In this document: positions 51,326 through 64,000 of the stretch, one piece after another | How positions within the stretch are numbered: position 1 is the stretch's first letter | Layout of the letters: every line of letters starts with the position of its first letter | Assembly: GCF_009914755.1 (NCBI RefSeq) | Contig: NC_060937.1 | Source of the DNA: the human T2T-CHM13v2.0 reference genome, Homo sapiens | Length of the DNA: 64,000 bases | Reading direction: 5' to 3' (one strand) | The notes under the pieces: model-generated | Told to the model about the DNA's origin: nothing | Databases searched by the model: none | The model's input: the letters and a program-made list of their open reading frames with translations, nothing else | Position numbers and translations under genes: made by a program

Positions 51326-52269
51326 AGAATGTGTCGCTTCGTCTTCTTTGATGTGTTTTCTGTGTGCTTGTTAGCTTTACAGTTTCTTTGGGCTGTTTTA
51401 GATTTGAAAATTCTGTCTGTCTTTGATACTGAAGATAACATGTTTCCTTTAAAGTCTAGAGTTTGAGAAAATTTGAAGATTTTTTTTTAAAAGACAAGGA
51501 AAGAACACTGGAAGTCTTAGGAACAAAAGCTGAAGTAACAGGTCACGCTGGTAGGCACAGCCCCCAGGTCCTCACCCATGCCTGGAGGAATGACCTGCAT
51601 TCTGGAAGGCGCTCAGGACACCGTTTTGTGGGATCAAGTAAGCGAAACTTTCTTGAAGATATCTGTGGGGTCCCTTTTAGGAGCTGTCATAAGACAAAAG
51701 GAAATTGCTCGTGTGTGTCCCTGTGTGGCGGTGGTGCAAACGAGGGTGTCTTCCGGAAGGGTGGCCGGGAGGACCAAGCGGGGTCTCCTGTCCATGGTCC
51801 GTGTACCTGGCTCAGGTGTGTCTACAGCTCCGCTGCATGTCATTTCAGCCAGCCAGAGGTCAGGTAGCCACACGCAGTGCCCAGCCAACTGGCTTATTGT
51901 AGGAGCTCAAAAGAAGTCAGGATCTACACTTTCAAGGACTTTAGTCATTTCAGGTTAAAACAAGTAGGCGTTCAAAAACCCATTTCTGTTGATTTGCATT
52001 GTGACAAGAACGTGCGATGCATAAGACACCTAATGTGAATTGTTCATCTTACTGGTGGAGTAGGTAGGCATTTGTACTTGATACCTCACCAGTAATTAAA
52101 AACTAGGATGTACCTGAGCCATGTATACCGTTTTTTAACTGTACACTTTTTAAAGGTATACTGGGCCATGTATACTTCATTTTCTTGCAGAACTATTTAT
52201 ATTTTTCCCATAAGCAGGTATTATTTTCCTAATTAAAAACTAGCATGTACCAGAGTTTTTAATTGTTAA

Positions 52270-52810
52270 AATAATACCTGTTGATACGGAAAATAGAAAC
52301 AGTATACCAGGATACAAAGTAAAAAGCATGTATTCTGCCTCCCAGCGCCCTGACCCTGTTCCCCAGAAGTAGCTCCTGTTCTGCGTTTAGGTTCTTCTGT
52401 TCATTCTTCTGAGCAAATGCCAGTGTGTGGTGTCTGTGTTTTAACTTTTTTCCCAGCAAGTGAGATTGCATTAAGTATATTCTTTCCTAAGTTGCCTCTT
52501 TGAACCTTATCTTTCCATATGGGTATATGTAGTTTGAACCATTCATCATTTTTGACCACTGCATAAATATTCCCCTGATTGAGTGCCCTGCAGTTTGTCA
52601 CCTATGAGTGGATATTTGGGAGGGGGCAGTCGCTATTGCAGAAATGCTCTACTGAATATCCTTATGTATACAGCTGTGCAACTGTGCACATACAGCTAAA
52701 TGATTAACTTCTGGAAACGTTTGTGCATTTTTAACTTTGATAGAATTTGCCATATTTTTACAAGGTGTTTTGGAAATGACAGCCTTGGCAATTGTACAGT
52801 TCTAGTTTCT
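52270..52810 (-). mobile_element. Ancient L1ME-type fragment, antisense
   Basis: CATTCATCATTTTTGACCACTGCATAAATATTCC...GGATATTTGGG...GCTATTGCAGAAATGCT...TTTAACTTTGATAGAATTTGCCA resembles reverse-strand L1M 3' sequence; heavily decayed. Confidence 0.55.
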
Positions 52811-52844
52811 CAAAGAAGGAATGGGGCCATGATGGCATGGGAAG

Positions 52845-53939
52845 CATGCTCTTCGTTGTGATGCTTTCCCATGGAAGCCGTTGACTCCGAAACATGCTCT
52901 TCGTTGTGATGCTTTCCCATGGAAGCCATTGATTCCAAAACATGCTCTTCATTGTGATGCTTTCCCACGGAAGCCATTGATTCCAAAACATGCTCTTCAT
53001 TGTGATGCTTTCCCATGGAAGCTGTTGACTCTGAAACATGCTCTTCATTGTGATGCTTTCCCATGGAAGCAGTGGACTCTGAAACATGCTCTTCATTGTG
53101 ATGCTTTCCCATGGAAGCCATTGATTCCAAAACATGGTCTTCATTGTGATGCTTTCCCATGGAAGCCATTGATTCCAAAACATGCTCTTCATTGTGATGC
53201 TTTCCCATGGAAGCCATTGATTCCAAAACATGCTCTTCATTGTGATGCTTTCCCATGGAAGCCGTTGACTCTGAAACATGCTCTTCATTGTGATGCTTTC
53301 CCATGGAAGCCATTGATTCCGAAACATGCTCTTCATTGTGATGCTTTCCCATGGAAGCCATTGATTCCGAAACATGCTCTTCATTGCGATGCTTTCCCAT
53401 GGAAGCCGTTGACTCCGAAACATGCTCTTCATTGTGATGCTTTCCCATGGAAGCCGTTGACTCCGAAACATGCTCTTCATTGTGATGCTTTCCCATGGAA
53501 GCCGTTGACTCCAAAACATGCTCTTCATTGTGATGCTTTCTCATGGAAGCCGTTGACTCCGAAACATGCTCTTCATTGTGATACCTTCTCATGGAAGCCG
53601 TTGACTCTGAAACATGCTCTTCATTGCAATGCTTTCCCATGGAAGCTGTTGACTCCGAAACATGCTCTTCATTGTGATGCTTTCTCATGGAAGCCATTGA
53701 CTCCAAAACATGCTCTTCATTGTGATGCTTTCTCATGGAAGCCGTTGACTCCGAAACATGCTCTTCATTGTGATGCCTTCTCATGGAAGCCGTTGACTCT
53801 GAAACATGCTCTTCATTGCAATGCTTTCCCATGGAAGCCATTGACTCCGAAACATGCTCTTCATTGTGATGCTTTTTCATGGAAGCCGTTGACTCCGAAA
53901 CATGCTCTCCATTGCTGACGCCTTCCCTTGGAAGCCGCT
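52845..53939. repeat. Minisatellite (VNTR), 48-bp unit x~23
   Basis: CATGCTCTTCATTGTGATGCTTTCCCATGGAAGCCRTTGAYTCCRAAA with an exact 48-bp period from 52845 to 53901 (no net indel). Confidence 0.98.
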
Positions 53940-55543
53940 GCCCCCACACGAGCATGGCTTTGAAAGTGGGGAAGATTGGGGTGGGTGGTTCTTTCCTGTG
54001 CCAGGCTCCTTGCTCATCTTTCTAAGGCATATCAAACTCGCCCTTGTCTAGGGTCATGACTTCCTGCCTAACCTGGCCCCTTCCACTCCACGCTGCTCTA
54101 AAACGTGGCAAGTGGGCAGGGCCTTCCTGCTAACTCCTGGGTGCTTTTAGAAAATGTCAGTTCCTGTGCCCCCCACCCCCACCCCCCACCTAAGGAGCTG
54201 ATTTCTGAGGGTGGGATCCAGGAGTCTGCCTTTTTGACGCACCCCAGTGCTGTTAGTGCCTGTAGTAACAATGTACTGATGCCCATTTAGGTGGGCTGCT
54301 CAGTTGAGGTCTTCTGCATTTCTGTGCATGATGGTTACTTAGTGTCTGGGCAGCCAAAGGAGAAGGGCGTGTGACCAGCCTGTGTGCAGGAATAAGCCCG
54401 GCACCCCCAGCACTGCCACATCCTAGTTATTCTGGAGGCCACACCTTCTTTGCCATATCACTAAGAGCAGTTGCTGCCTGTCGTAATTGGAGAGGGTCAT
54501 CCATTCTAAAACATGTTCAGGTTTTACAGCTGTTAAAGTGCTTTGAGAATCGGGGGAGTTGAGATGAACTATGGCATTGGGGGTCAGTCCTGTCTCCAGC
54601 TCTCCACAGTGGCTACATGGGGTCTCACAAGTGCAACCCCACTTCCTCCTCCTTGGCCCTCAGAGGATGTTGGACTGCTTACAAAAAGGTGCAACCTGCT
54701 GCGAGGGAACTGCCTCCACCTCTCACCACACTTAAAAACCTGTCACCATCTGTCCCGCTGCTCTGTCTTGTTTCGGTGGAAGAATTCGCCCGAGCCCCCA
54801 GCCCCATGGCTTCCTTGCAGGCCTGGGAGCCTGTGTCTCTTCTCCTGCCTTCCTGAAAGCCAGACCCTTCTCTTGGCTGCTATGTCTGTTGTGTTTGTTT
54901 TTTATGGAAAATGTCAAGCTTGTATAGAAGTAGGATAATGAGTGATGATTGCTCTCTGAGATTTATGAACATTCCAGGCCCTGTGACTGCTGGTCTGTTC
55001 TAGAATGAAGGAAAATGGCTGTGCAGTCCCAGGAGAAAAATGCTATGATCATATGATTATATTAATACATTTAGTTACAGTTCAGTATCCATTTGTGGAG
55101 ATGAAACCAATTGCAGACCAGGAATAAAAGGGAATTTCTTCAGTCTGATTGAGAACAGTTACCAAAAAACCTATCAATATACATATAAGAAGGCTAGTAA
55201 CGCTCACCGGCTATTCCCCAGGCTTGCTGGTGGAGCAAGGCAAGGAAAAGGGGGAGGGGAACAGAGGTTGTAAAGAAACAACTACAATTGCCACGACTTC
55301 CCAACTATACTGTTGTTTATGTAGAAAATACAAAAGTATCCGCAATTAAATAGAATTAATAATGCTGCCAGATACAAGATGTAGCAATTTTCTCTAAATC
55401 AGGAACAAATGGAAAATATAAAAATCTTTTCAGTAGCAAAGATGTCAAATAGGAATAAAATGAAAAATATGTAAGACCTTCATGTAGAAAACTACAAAAC
55501 ACTGTTGAAAGAATTTAGGGAAGGTCTAAATTAACAGAGCGAT

Positions 55544-56980
55544 GTGTTGATGGTTAAAGGACTGCATGGAAAGGCATCAGTTCTCCTTGTTGATTGTTGG
55601 AGGACTGCATGGAAAGGTGTCAGTTCTCCGTGTTGATGGTTAAAGGACTGCGTGGAAAGGCCTCAGTTCTCCATGTTGATGGTTGGAGGACTGCATGGAA
55701 AGGCATCAGTTCTCCGTGTTGATGGTTAGAGGACTGCATGGAAAGGTGTCAGTTCTCCGTGTTGATGGTTGGAGGACTGCATGGAAAGGCATCAGTTCTC
55801 CTCTGTGTTTATGGTTAGAGTGTAGAAAGGCATCAGTTCTCTGTGTTGATGGTTAGAGGACTGCATGGAAAGGTGTCAGTTCTCCTCTGTGTTGATGGTT
55901 GGAAGACTGCATGGAAAGGCGTCAGTTCTCCGTGTTAATGGTTAGAGGACTGCATGGAAAGGCGTCAGTTCTCCATGTTAATGGTTAGAGGACTGCATGG
56001 AAAGGTGTCAGTCCTCCGTGTTGATGGTTAGAGGACTCCATGGAAAGGCGTCAGTTCTCCTCTGTGTTTATGGTTAGAGGACTGTGTAGAAAGGCATCAG
56101 TTCTCCTCTGTGTTGATGGTTGGAAGACTGCATGGAAAGGTGTCAGTCCTCCATGTTGATGGTGAGAGGACTGCATGGAAAGGCGTCAGTTCTCCGTGTT
56201 GATGGAAGACTGCATGGAAAGGCATCAGTCCTCCTCTGTGTTGATGGTTAGAGGACTGCGTGGAAAGGCGTCAGTCCTCCATCTTGATAGTTAGAGAACT
56301 GCATGGAAAGGCGTCAGTCCTCCATGTTGATGGTTGGAGGACTGCATGGAAAGGCGTCAGTTCTCCGTGTTGATGGTTAGTGGACTGCATGGAAAGGCGT
56401 CAGTTTTCCTCCGTGTTGATGGTTAGAGGACTGTGTGGAAAGGCATCAGTTCTCTGTGTTGATGGTTAGAGGACTGCATGGAAAGACATCAGTTCTCCTC
56501 CGTGTTGATGGTTAGAGGACTGCATGGAAAGACATCAGTTCTCCTCCATGTTGGTGGTTAGAGGACTGCATGGAAAGGCATCAGTTCTCCTCCGTGTTGA
56601 TGGTTAGAGGACTGCGTGGAAAGGCATCAGTTCCCCTCCGTGTTGATGGTTAGAGGACTGCATGGAAAGGTGTCAGTTCTCCGTGTTGATGGTTAAAGGA
56701 CTGCATGGAAAGGCATCATTTTTCTGTGTTGATGGTTAAAGGACTGCATGGAAAGGCATGAGTCCTCCGTGTTGATGGTTAGAGGACTGCATGGAAAGGC
56801 ATCAGTTCTCCACGTTGATGGTTAGAGGACTGCATGGAAAGATGTCAGTCCTCCATGTTGATGGTTAGAAGACTGCATGGAAAGGCGTCAGTTCTCCGCG
56901 TTGATGGTTAGATGACTGCATGGAAAGGCGTCAGTCCTCCGTGTTGATGGTTAGAGGACTTCATGGAAAGGCATCAGTTC
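55544..56980. repeat. Minisatellite (VNTR), 43-bp unit (some 46 bp) x~33
   Basis: GTGTTGATGGTTAGAGGACTGCATGGAAAGGCATCAGTTCTCC; period 43 (for example 55716 to 55759); 33 units counted by eye. Confidence 0.97.
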
Positions 56981-57365
56981 AATTAATTGCTTGGTGGACT
57001 CCGTGCCAGCCATTCAATTCCTGTGAGTTTTTTACCCCTTTTCTGGATCTTGAAAAACAATTTATGTAGAAGTGCAAAGTGCCAAGAACAGCTGAGAGCC
57101 TCGTGCAAACGCAGAGCAAGGCGGGAAGACGTGCTGTGCAGGATGACGAGGTTTAGGCAGCCAACCCAGGGGTGGTGCCCAGGGAGGGACCGCTGGAGAT
57201 TACACCAGGGGTCTTGCGGCAGAGCAGTGGGGAAAGGACAACGTTTTCAGTCAGTAGTTCCTTTTAGCCAGCAGTTTTTCCACAGGGGTGAATGTGAACC
57301 TTGACTCCTCCCTCACACTGTGCCCATTAATCTTAGGTGGATGTTAAATATAAATGTGCAGGCGA

Positions 57366-57685
<320 letters not shown>

Positions 57686-58164
57686 TCATGACCTGAGAGT
57701 TAGGAAAGACTTTTTAACAGGACACACAAAGCTCCGATCACAAAAAAAGATTAATAACTTTGACTAAAATGAATGTAACCAATGATAAACTGCTTAAACC
57801 ACAGAGAAGATGCAGCCGTGCCATCTTCTCAGTGGCTGAGTAAGAGCACCGCACACCAAGGGCCACACCCAGCCTATGTAGCAAATCAATAAGAAAAAGA
57901 CAATTGAGACAAGGTAAAAGATTTGAAAGACATTTCACAAAGAATATAAAATGGCCGGTCAACATAAAAGGTCTTTGATCTCATTTATAATTGGTGAAAT
58001 GCAAGTTAAAGGTAAAAATTACACTATTAAAATACCACTAAAATGATGAATACTGTCAAGTATTTTCGAAGGTGTGGATGCTGTTGGTTGCAGAGTGACT
58101 TGGTATAAGCACTTTAGAAAAGAGCCGGGCATCATCTGCCGCAGATACTCCGCTCCCACATGCA

Positions 58165-59060
58165 TTCATTTGCTAGTGCTGCTGCTGTGACCGACTGCGT
58201 GCCTCACCTAGCATCCCGAGTGTGTCTCTGTCTCTGTGGGTCAAGAGTCCGGGCATGGCAGAGCTGCAGGTCCTGCTTGGGTCCTCCCAGGCTGACATTA
58301 AGGTCTCAGAGGGACCAGGTTCTCTGAGCTCGGGGCCTTTTCCAGGCACTCACACAGGTGGCTGGCAGCATTCGCTCCTTGTGGTGGAGGGATGGAGGCC
58401 CATTTTCTTGCTGCCCATTGGCCAGAGGTTGCTTTTGCTCCTTGGCTGCTAGTCATTCTCTCTGGTTCCTGCCCCCTGGCCCCTCACACATTCCAAACCC
58501 AGCAGGACAATCTCTGACTTCAGCCAGGACAGAGCTCCGAATTTCATGCCATAATCACAGGAGCCAGGATCACACCGACTTTGCCTTACGATGCAGCCTG
58601 ATCCTGGGGGTGACCCCGCCCTATTCACAGATCCCAGGGGTGACTGCGTCCTAGTCACGAATCCTGGTGGTGACCGTATCCTATTCACTGGTCTTGGGGG
58701 TGACCCCATCCTATTCACAGATCCCGGGGTGACCCTGTCCTAGTCATGGACCCCGGGGGCAACCACATCCTAGTCACGCGTCCCAGGGGTGACTCAGTCC
58801 TAGTTACGGATCCCAGGGGCAACCCCGTCCTATTCACGAACCCCAAGGGTGACCCTGCCCTATTCACAGATCCTGGGGACAACCCCATCCTACTCACTGG
58901 TCTTGAGGGCAACCCTGTCCTAGTCACGGATCCCAGGGGTGACCGTGTCCTGTTCACAGATCCTGGGGGTGACCATCCTGATCCTGCCTGGACCTCACAG
59001 GGTCGGGGGCAGACACCGGGGGCAGGAATCCTGTGGCGTCTTTGAATTCTGCCCACCATA
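58165..59060 (-). mobile_element. MLT1E/F-like MaLR LTR, split by a 30-bp VNTR
   Basis: GGGTCAAGAGTCCGGGCATGGC, AGGCTGACATTAAGGT, GGTGGCTGGCAGCATTCGCTCCTTG and terminal GGGGCAGGAATCCTGTGGCGTCTTTGAATTCTGCCCACCATA. Confidence 0.65.
58600..58984. repeat. Minisatellite, 30-bp unit x~13
   Basis: GATCCCAGGGGTGACCCCRTCCTA(T/G)TCAC(A/G); CTA.TCAC at 58621, 58651, 58681, 58711 and onward. Confidence 0.95.
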
Positions 59061-59802
59061 CCATGTAGTGTCACTCCTAGGAGTATGCCCCACAGAAATG
59101 ACCCAGATAGTTTGAATGGATAAGTGGTGAAAATGCACATGTCAAACCAAAGCTCTGCTCCTCAACGTGGGTGATGCTCTGAACGTAACATTAAATGAAA
59201 GAGGCCAGGTGTAGAAATACACTAAATTATTCAGTTTATGTAAAGTGTTAAAAAAAGTTGAACCATAGCATATAGGGATGCAAGCTTAGGTGGCAAAAGT
59301 GTAAAGAAAAGAATGTGATTCCCCTAAACACCAGGCCTGTTTTGACCAGGTGGAAAATGCCCTTGGGATGGAGTTTTCTGACTTGGAGAGGTAAGGGAAC
59401 ATGGCAGACTCGGGGCTCGTGGGCCTTCCCTGTGTCACGGGGGGACCTCCCACCCCAAAGGGCTGCCACAGTTAGGATCCTTTAAGCTTTTCAAGAAGGC
59501 GGGCGCATCTCCGGTGCCGTTCTCTGAGTGAGGAACACGTTGACAGAAGTGGGTTGTCCAGATATGATCAAGGCAGGGGTCGAAATGGACCTCCTGATGG
59601 GAAGTCCCTCTGGGAGGAGTGTCAGCTCCCAGGCAAGGGCTCGCTTTGCCCCTCCATGGCACTGACCTGCTCAGGGCCTCAGCCACCGTGAGTGCTGACT
59701 CATGGGAACTTTGATTCTGGGAATGAGGCTGTCAAGGCGCAAGAGCGTTGCTTTTCTTTATGGATTTGGAGAGAGTGCTGGGCTCTGAAACTGTGTACAT
59801 GA

Positions 59803-60324
<522 letters not shown>

Positions 60325-61209
60325 CAAACTCAGATTTGAATTTAATTTTATTTCTTTGGGCCTCGGCTTGCAAAAGCAGGGAGATTTAACTTGCAGACAT
60401 TAATTTTCCCAAAAGTTCATCAAGAAAGAGTTCGTATTAGGATATGTGGTGTCTGCGTGTTGATGACACTGCATCATCAGAACGTCTGAGTCTGCCTGAG
60501 TTGTCACGTCCTTGTGGTTAGAGAGGGCCCCACATACATGCCAAGTATCCTGTATTTGCCCCTAAGAATGAAAAGGGGTTACTCTTGTTCCCTGGTGTGT
60601 CTCATGAGTTTTGTTGAATACTGGACACTTCACATCAACTCTGGATTCCAGAGGGCAGTTATTGGAGTTTTGTTTGTTAAATAACATGTCTGGACAAAAT
60701 CTGTGATGTCTGCTCCCTGTCAGTGTGGGGCACAGATGTCGGCACTCAATTTTTGCTGGGGGCAGAGGGGGGATTGTTTTAATTCTGAGTTTTGGTGGGT
60801 TTTGCTCTTTGCCTGCAAGATTGAGCTGGAGACTGGGCTGAGGCTTGGCTGGAGCTGCTGCTCCCTACACAGCATGGCCTCCACTCTGCTAGGGCTCTGT
60901 GGGTGGGCTGGGAGCACATGCACCTCTTCCTCCAGCTCTCTGAGTGTGCCCTCTGGGCATGTCCCAGCAGCACCTGGCCAGGGAGGCAGGCTTGGGCCCT
61001 CCAGTGCACCCGCCTGCGGCCTCCCCCAGCCCCTCCTCCCTGGCCCCGCCCTGCTGAGTCCTGCAGGGCCCCCGTGCTTCACTAGCCCCGCTTTTGGACA
61101 CCCCGCAGGGAAGCACCCCCAGTGGAGAGCTGGGCTCCACTGTGTTTCCACCCCTCAGAGTCCTCGGCTGTGCTGTCTTCTCTTCAGTGCCTAGAAGCAA
61201 GAACCATGC

Positions 61210-61617
61210 TCCTTCCCTGGGTGGCCCCAGCAAAGCCCCGCAGACTGCATGGCCTAAACTGCAGAAATGTGTCGTCTCCTGGCCTGGAGCCCAGGGCCCA
61301 AGCTCAGGGTGTCAGCAGGGATGGCTCCCTCCGAGGCTGTGCAGGAGAATCCGCCCAGGCCTCTCCTCCAGCTCCTTGGTTCGCTGCCGTCTTTGAGGTT
61401 CCTTGGCCTGTAGACGCCTCAGCCCTCTGCACTCTGTGAGGCTGGCCCAAATCGCCCCCTTCATAAGGACACCAGTCACATGGGATTAGGGGTCTGCCAT
61501 CTGACCTCACCTTAATGCAGCACATCTGCAAGACCCTCTTTCTAGACAAGGCCATGCTGAGGTATAGGGGTCAAAGTTCCAGCATATTTTTGTTGGGGGC
61601 AGACATAACCAATAACA
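61210..61617 (-). mobile_element. MLT1C-like MaLR solo LTR
   Basis: CAGGGTGTCAGCAGGG...GGAGAATC...TTCCTTGGCCTGTAGA...ATAAGGACACCAGTCA...GACCTCACCTTAA...ATCTGCAAGACCCT...CAATAACA. Confidence 0.75.
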
Positions 61618-62217
61618 CCAGCCTCATACATTTGCTCAATTTTACAGGTGAGTTCTCCTGGAAGAAGAACCTGATGCCAGCCATCTGTCAAGGAAGACAG
61701 GAAGTAACAGTGCAGGCTCAGTAAGTATCTGTTGGATGAATAAAGGAAATTAGGGATGACATCCTACAACCTGAGGAAGGTGTGGGGCATGCACATGCCT
61801 CCCGCCACCCACACCACCCTCTGCTGCCTCGTGGAGCCCCCGCTGTCTGCCCTGAGGCTGTCCCATGCGCAGCTCCTCAGATGCTTCCTGGAAGGAGTTC
61901 TGTGCACTGTGGGCTGTGCCGTTGCTGCAAGACGGTGGCATTTCCTGGCACTTCTGAGTTAGAAAGTGCCAGTTATTTCCAATGTTTTCCAGACATTGCT
62001 GGAATTCCATGACCAAAGGGCAAGGGCCAGGGAGTGTAACGCTGGGCCCGGGTGTCAAAAAGTGCTGTCCACAGTGGCTGAGAACAGAGTGAAACCAGTG
62101 CTGCCGCACACACAGAATCCTTCAAGGACCCTCGCTTTTCCCTTTTCCAAATACCGGATGCACATTGTCTGGGCTCTGGCTGGGCTGAAATTGATGCTGT
62201 TTTAATTTCTTTCTTAC

Positions 62218-62568
62218 TGTATGAGTCTGTTTCACACTGCTATAAAGATACTACCTGAGACTGGGTAATTTACAAAGGAAAGAGGTTTAATTGACTCACG
62301 GTTCCACATGGCTGAGGAGGCCTCAGGAAACTTACAATCATGGCAGAAGGGGAAGGGGAGGCAAGGCACCTTCACAAGGTGGTGAGAAGGTAAGGAAGTG
62401 CCACACTTTAAAACCATCAGCTGTATCATGAGAACTCACTATCATGAGAACAGCCTGGGGGAAACCACCCCCACGGTCCAGTCACCCCCCACCACGTCCC
62501 TCTCTTGACATGTGGGGATTACAATTCGAGATGAGATTTGGGTGGGGACACAGAGCCAACCCAGATCA
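62218..62568 (-). mobile_element. THE1D/MSTA-like MaLR solo LTR
   Basis: TGTATGAGTCTGTTTCACACTGCTATAAAGATACTACCTGAGACTGGGTAATTTA...GAGATTTGGGTGGGGACACAGAGCCAACCCAGATCA; TG...CA ends; 5-bp TSD CTTAC/CTTAT. Confidence 0.93.
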
Positions 62569-63099
62569 CTTATTTAGATGCAATATTTAATTAACGTATT
62601 TTATTCGTAAAGAAAGGTGGCTGGCATCTAGTAGCTGGGAGGAGGCCTGTGGGTGGTGATGCTGCCGTGTAACATTCTCCGCCAACAGCTTCACGGAGTG
62701 AGGAATCATCCCGGGAGCCGTCCACTCTGAGGCCGTAGGGGTGAGGGTCTGCCTGTGAAGTTGGTGGCCTGCTGTCACCCCATGCTGTGGCGAAGGATTT
62801 GGGTGTAAATGGAATCAGCTGTCTTGTGTGGTTGGCAGCAGCATGTAGGGAATGCAGGAAAGCCAGGCCTGAGATGGCGTTGCCCTCTGGTGCCCTGGTG
62901 CTCAGGGTGGGGGCCACAGGCTCTGGTGTGTCCCCAGGCCCACCTCCAGTCTACAGTGTGACAGACCTGGCGTGCTCCTCCGGCCTTCGTGTTGTTTTAT
63001 TTGGGGTTGCTTTCTAATGGGAATACTGGACAGGTGTTGAAGATTTGGAAGTATCTTTGCTCGGTTTATTGTCCCAGCGAAGTCATCAACACGGGCGTG

Positions 63100-63540
63100 T
63101 TTGCTTCCTGCGGCTGCTTTCACACAGCAGCACCGACATGGCGCCAACAGCAGAGCTTTCTTCTCGCTGGCTCTGCGGCCACAATCTGAAGTCAGGACGT
63201 GGGCCGAGGGTTCTGGGGAGGGCCCTCCTGCCCCTCCCACCCCAGGGCTGCTGGCAGTCCTCCGTGTTCCGGGGCTCGCAGGCGCCTTGCTCCTTCTTCA
63301 CCTCTGTTGCTGCACAGCCGTCCGTCCCCTCCCCGGGCCTCTGCGCCTGCACTTGACACCCTCCCGGTGTCTCTCTCTTCTCATCTTAATAGGACACCGG
63401 TCCTATTGGACAGGGCCACGCTTACAACCTCAGCTCGATTACATCGGCAAAGACCCTATTTCCAAATAAGCCCTCATCCTTAGGTCCTAGGGGTTAGGAC
63501 TTCAACATCTCTTTTTTGAGGAAACACAGTTCAGCCTGTG
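63100..63540 (-). mobile_element. MLT1B/C/D-like MaLR solo LTR
   Basis: AGGACACCGGTCCTATTGGA...ATTACATCGGCAAAGACCCTATTTCCAAATAAG...GGGGTTAGGACTTCAACAT...ACACAGTTCAGCC. Confidence 0.75.
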
Positions 63541-64000
63541 GTGATGGGGAAACTGGACTCACACCCCTGTCTAGGAGCCCCCCGAATCCCCTGCTCTCAG
63601 CCTGGCTGAGCTGCTCTGCTGGGAGTCAGGTCTGAGTGCTTTGCTCAAGTTGTTAGCCAAGTCCGTTACAGGGTTAATAGCTTCATAGTTAGGGGTCCTC
63701 AGAGGTAACGGGTCCCCGTGGCACTTGTCCTATTTCCAAAGAACCCCACGGCAGCTCCACACATTCCCATGGGAAGACTGCACAGTCTACCCCTGCAAAC
63801 ATCTTGCTCTTAGCTAAAATTGTGTCTGTCAGTGTAGTCACTGGTTATCACGTGGGAACGGGACTCAGGACCCATATAGACAGAGCTGAGTCCATGCTGG
63901 CTGCTCCGTCCTGTGGCCTGCTGGGTTTCACTCTTCCACGGCGTGGCCTCTCCCTAGAAGCCCTTGGTGAACACCCCTCTCCCTGTGAGTCTGGGGCAGT

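Noticed and set aside
52758-53955. Long ORFs of 381, 345 and 256 aa with 16-aa repeats (His-rich and others)
   Set aside because: They result from a 48-bp (multiple of 3) VNTR lacking stops in several frames on both strands. There is no splice, start-context or domain support.
60400-64000. Possible exons or promoter of a neighbouring gene
   Set aside because: No recognisable coding exon or clear CpG island. The ORFs here overlap LTR relics and GC-rich sequence.

Overview
Human or great-ape genomic DNA, not prokaryotic. The window holds the 3' half of ARHGEF7 (beta-PIX/COOL-1, a Rac1/Cdc42 GEF) on the + strand. Thirteen GT-AG coding exons from 13137 to the stop at 48705 splice in frame to give the end of the DH domain, the PH domain, the Pro/His-rich region, the GIT-binding region, the coiled coil and the C-terminal PDZ ligand -DETNL*. 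One extra composite exon (37712-37888/37926) acts either as a 59-aa cassette insert or as an alternative last exon with its own ~2.9 kb 3'UTR. The rest is intronic or downstream DNA: a sense-oriented, 3'-truncated old L1, seven Alus (one inverted pair brackets a 55-nt exon), MaLR LTRs, MER DNA transposons and many minisatellites (51, 46, 48, 43, 30 and 49 bp units), three of which arose inside transposon remnants. Most ORF-track entries are spurious or come from repeats. I found no novel protein-coding system. The best leads are regulatory and are inferences needing tests: splicing and polyadenylation control of the composite exon, the inverted Alu hairpin, and motif-multiplying VNTRs (25x TGCATG, ~22x p53 half-site, ARE/HRE-like array). 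Repeat family names come from remembered consensus sequences, not from a search.
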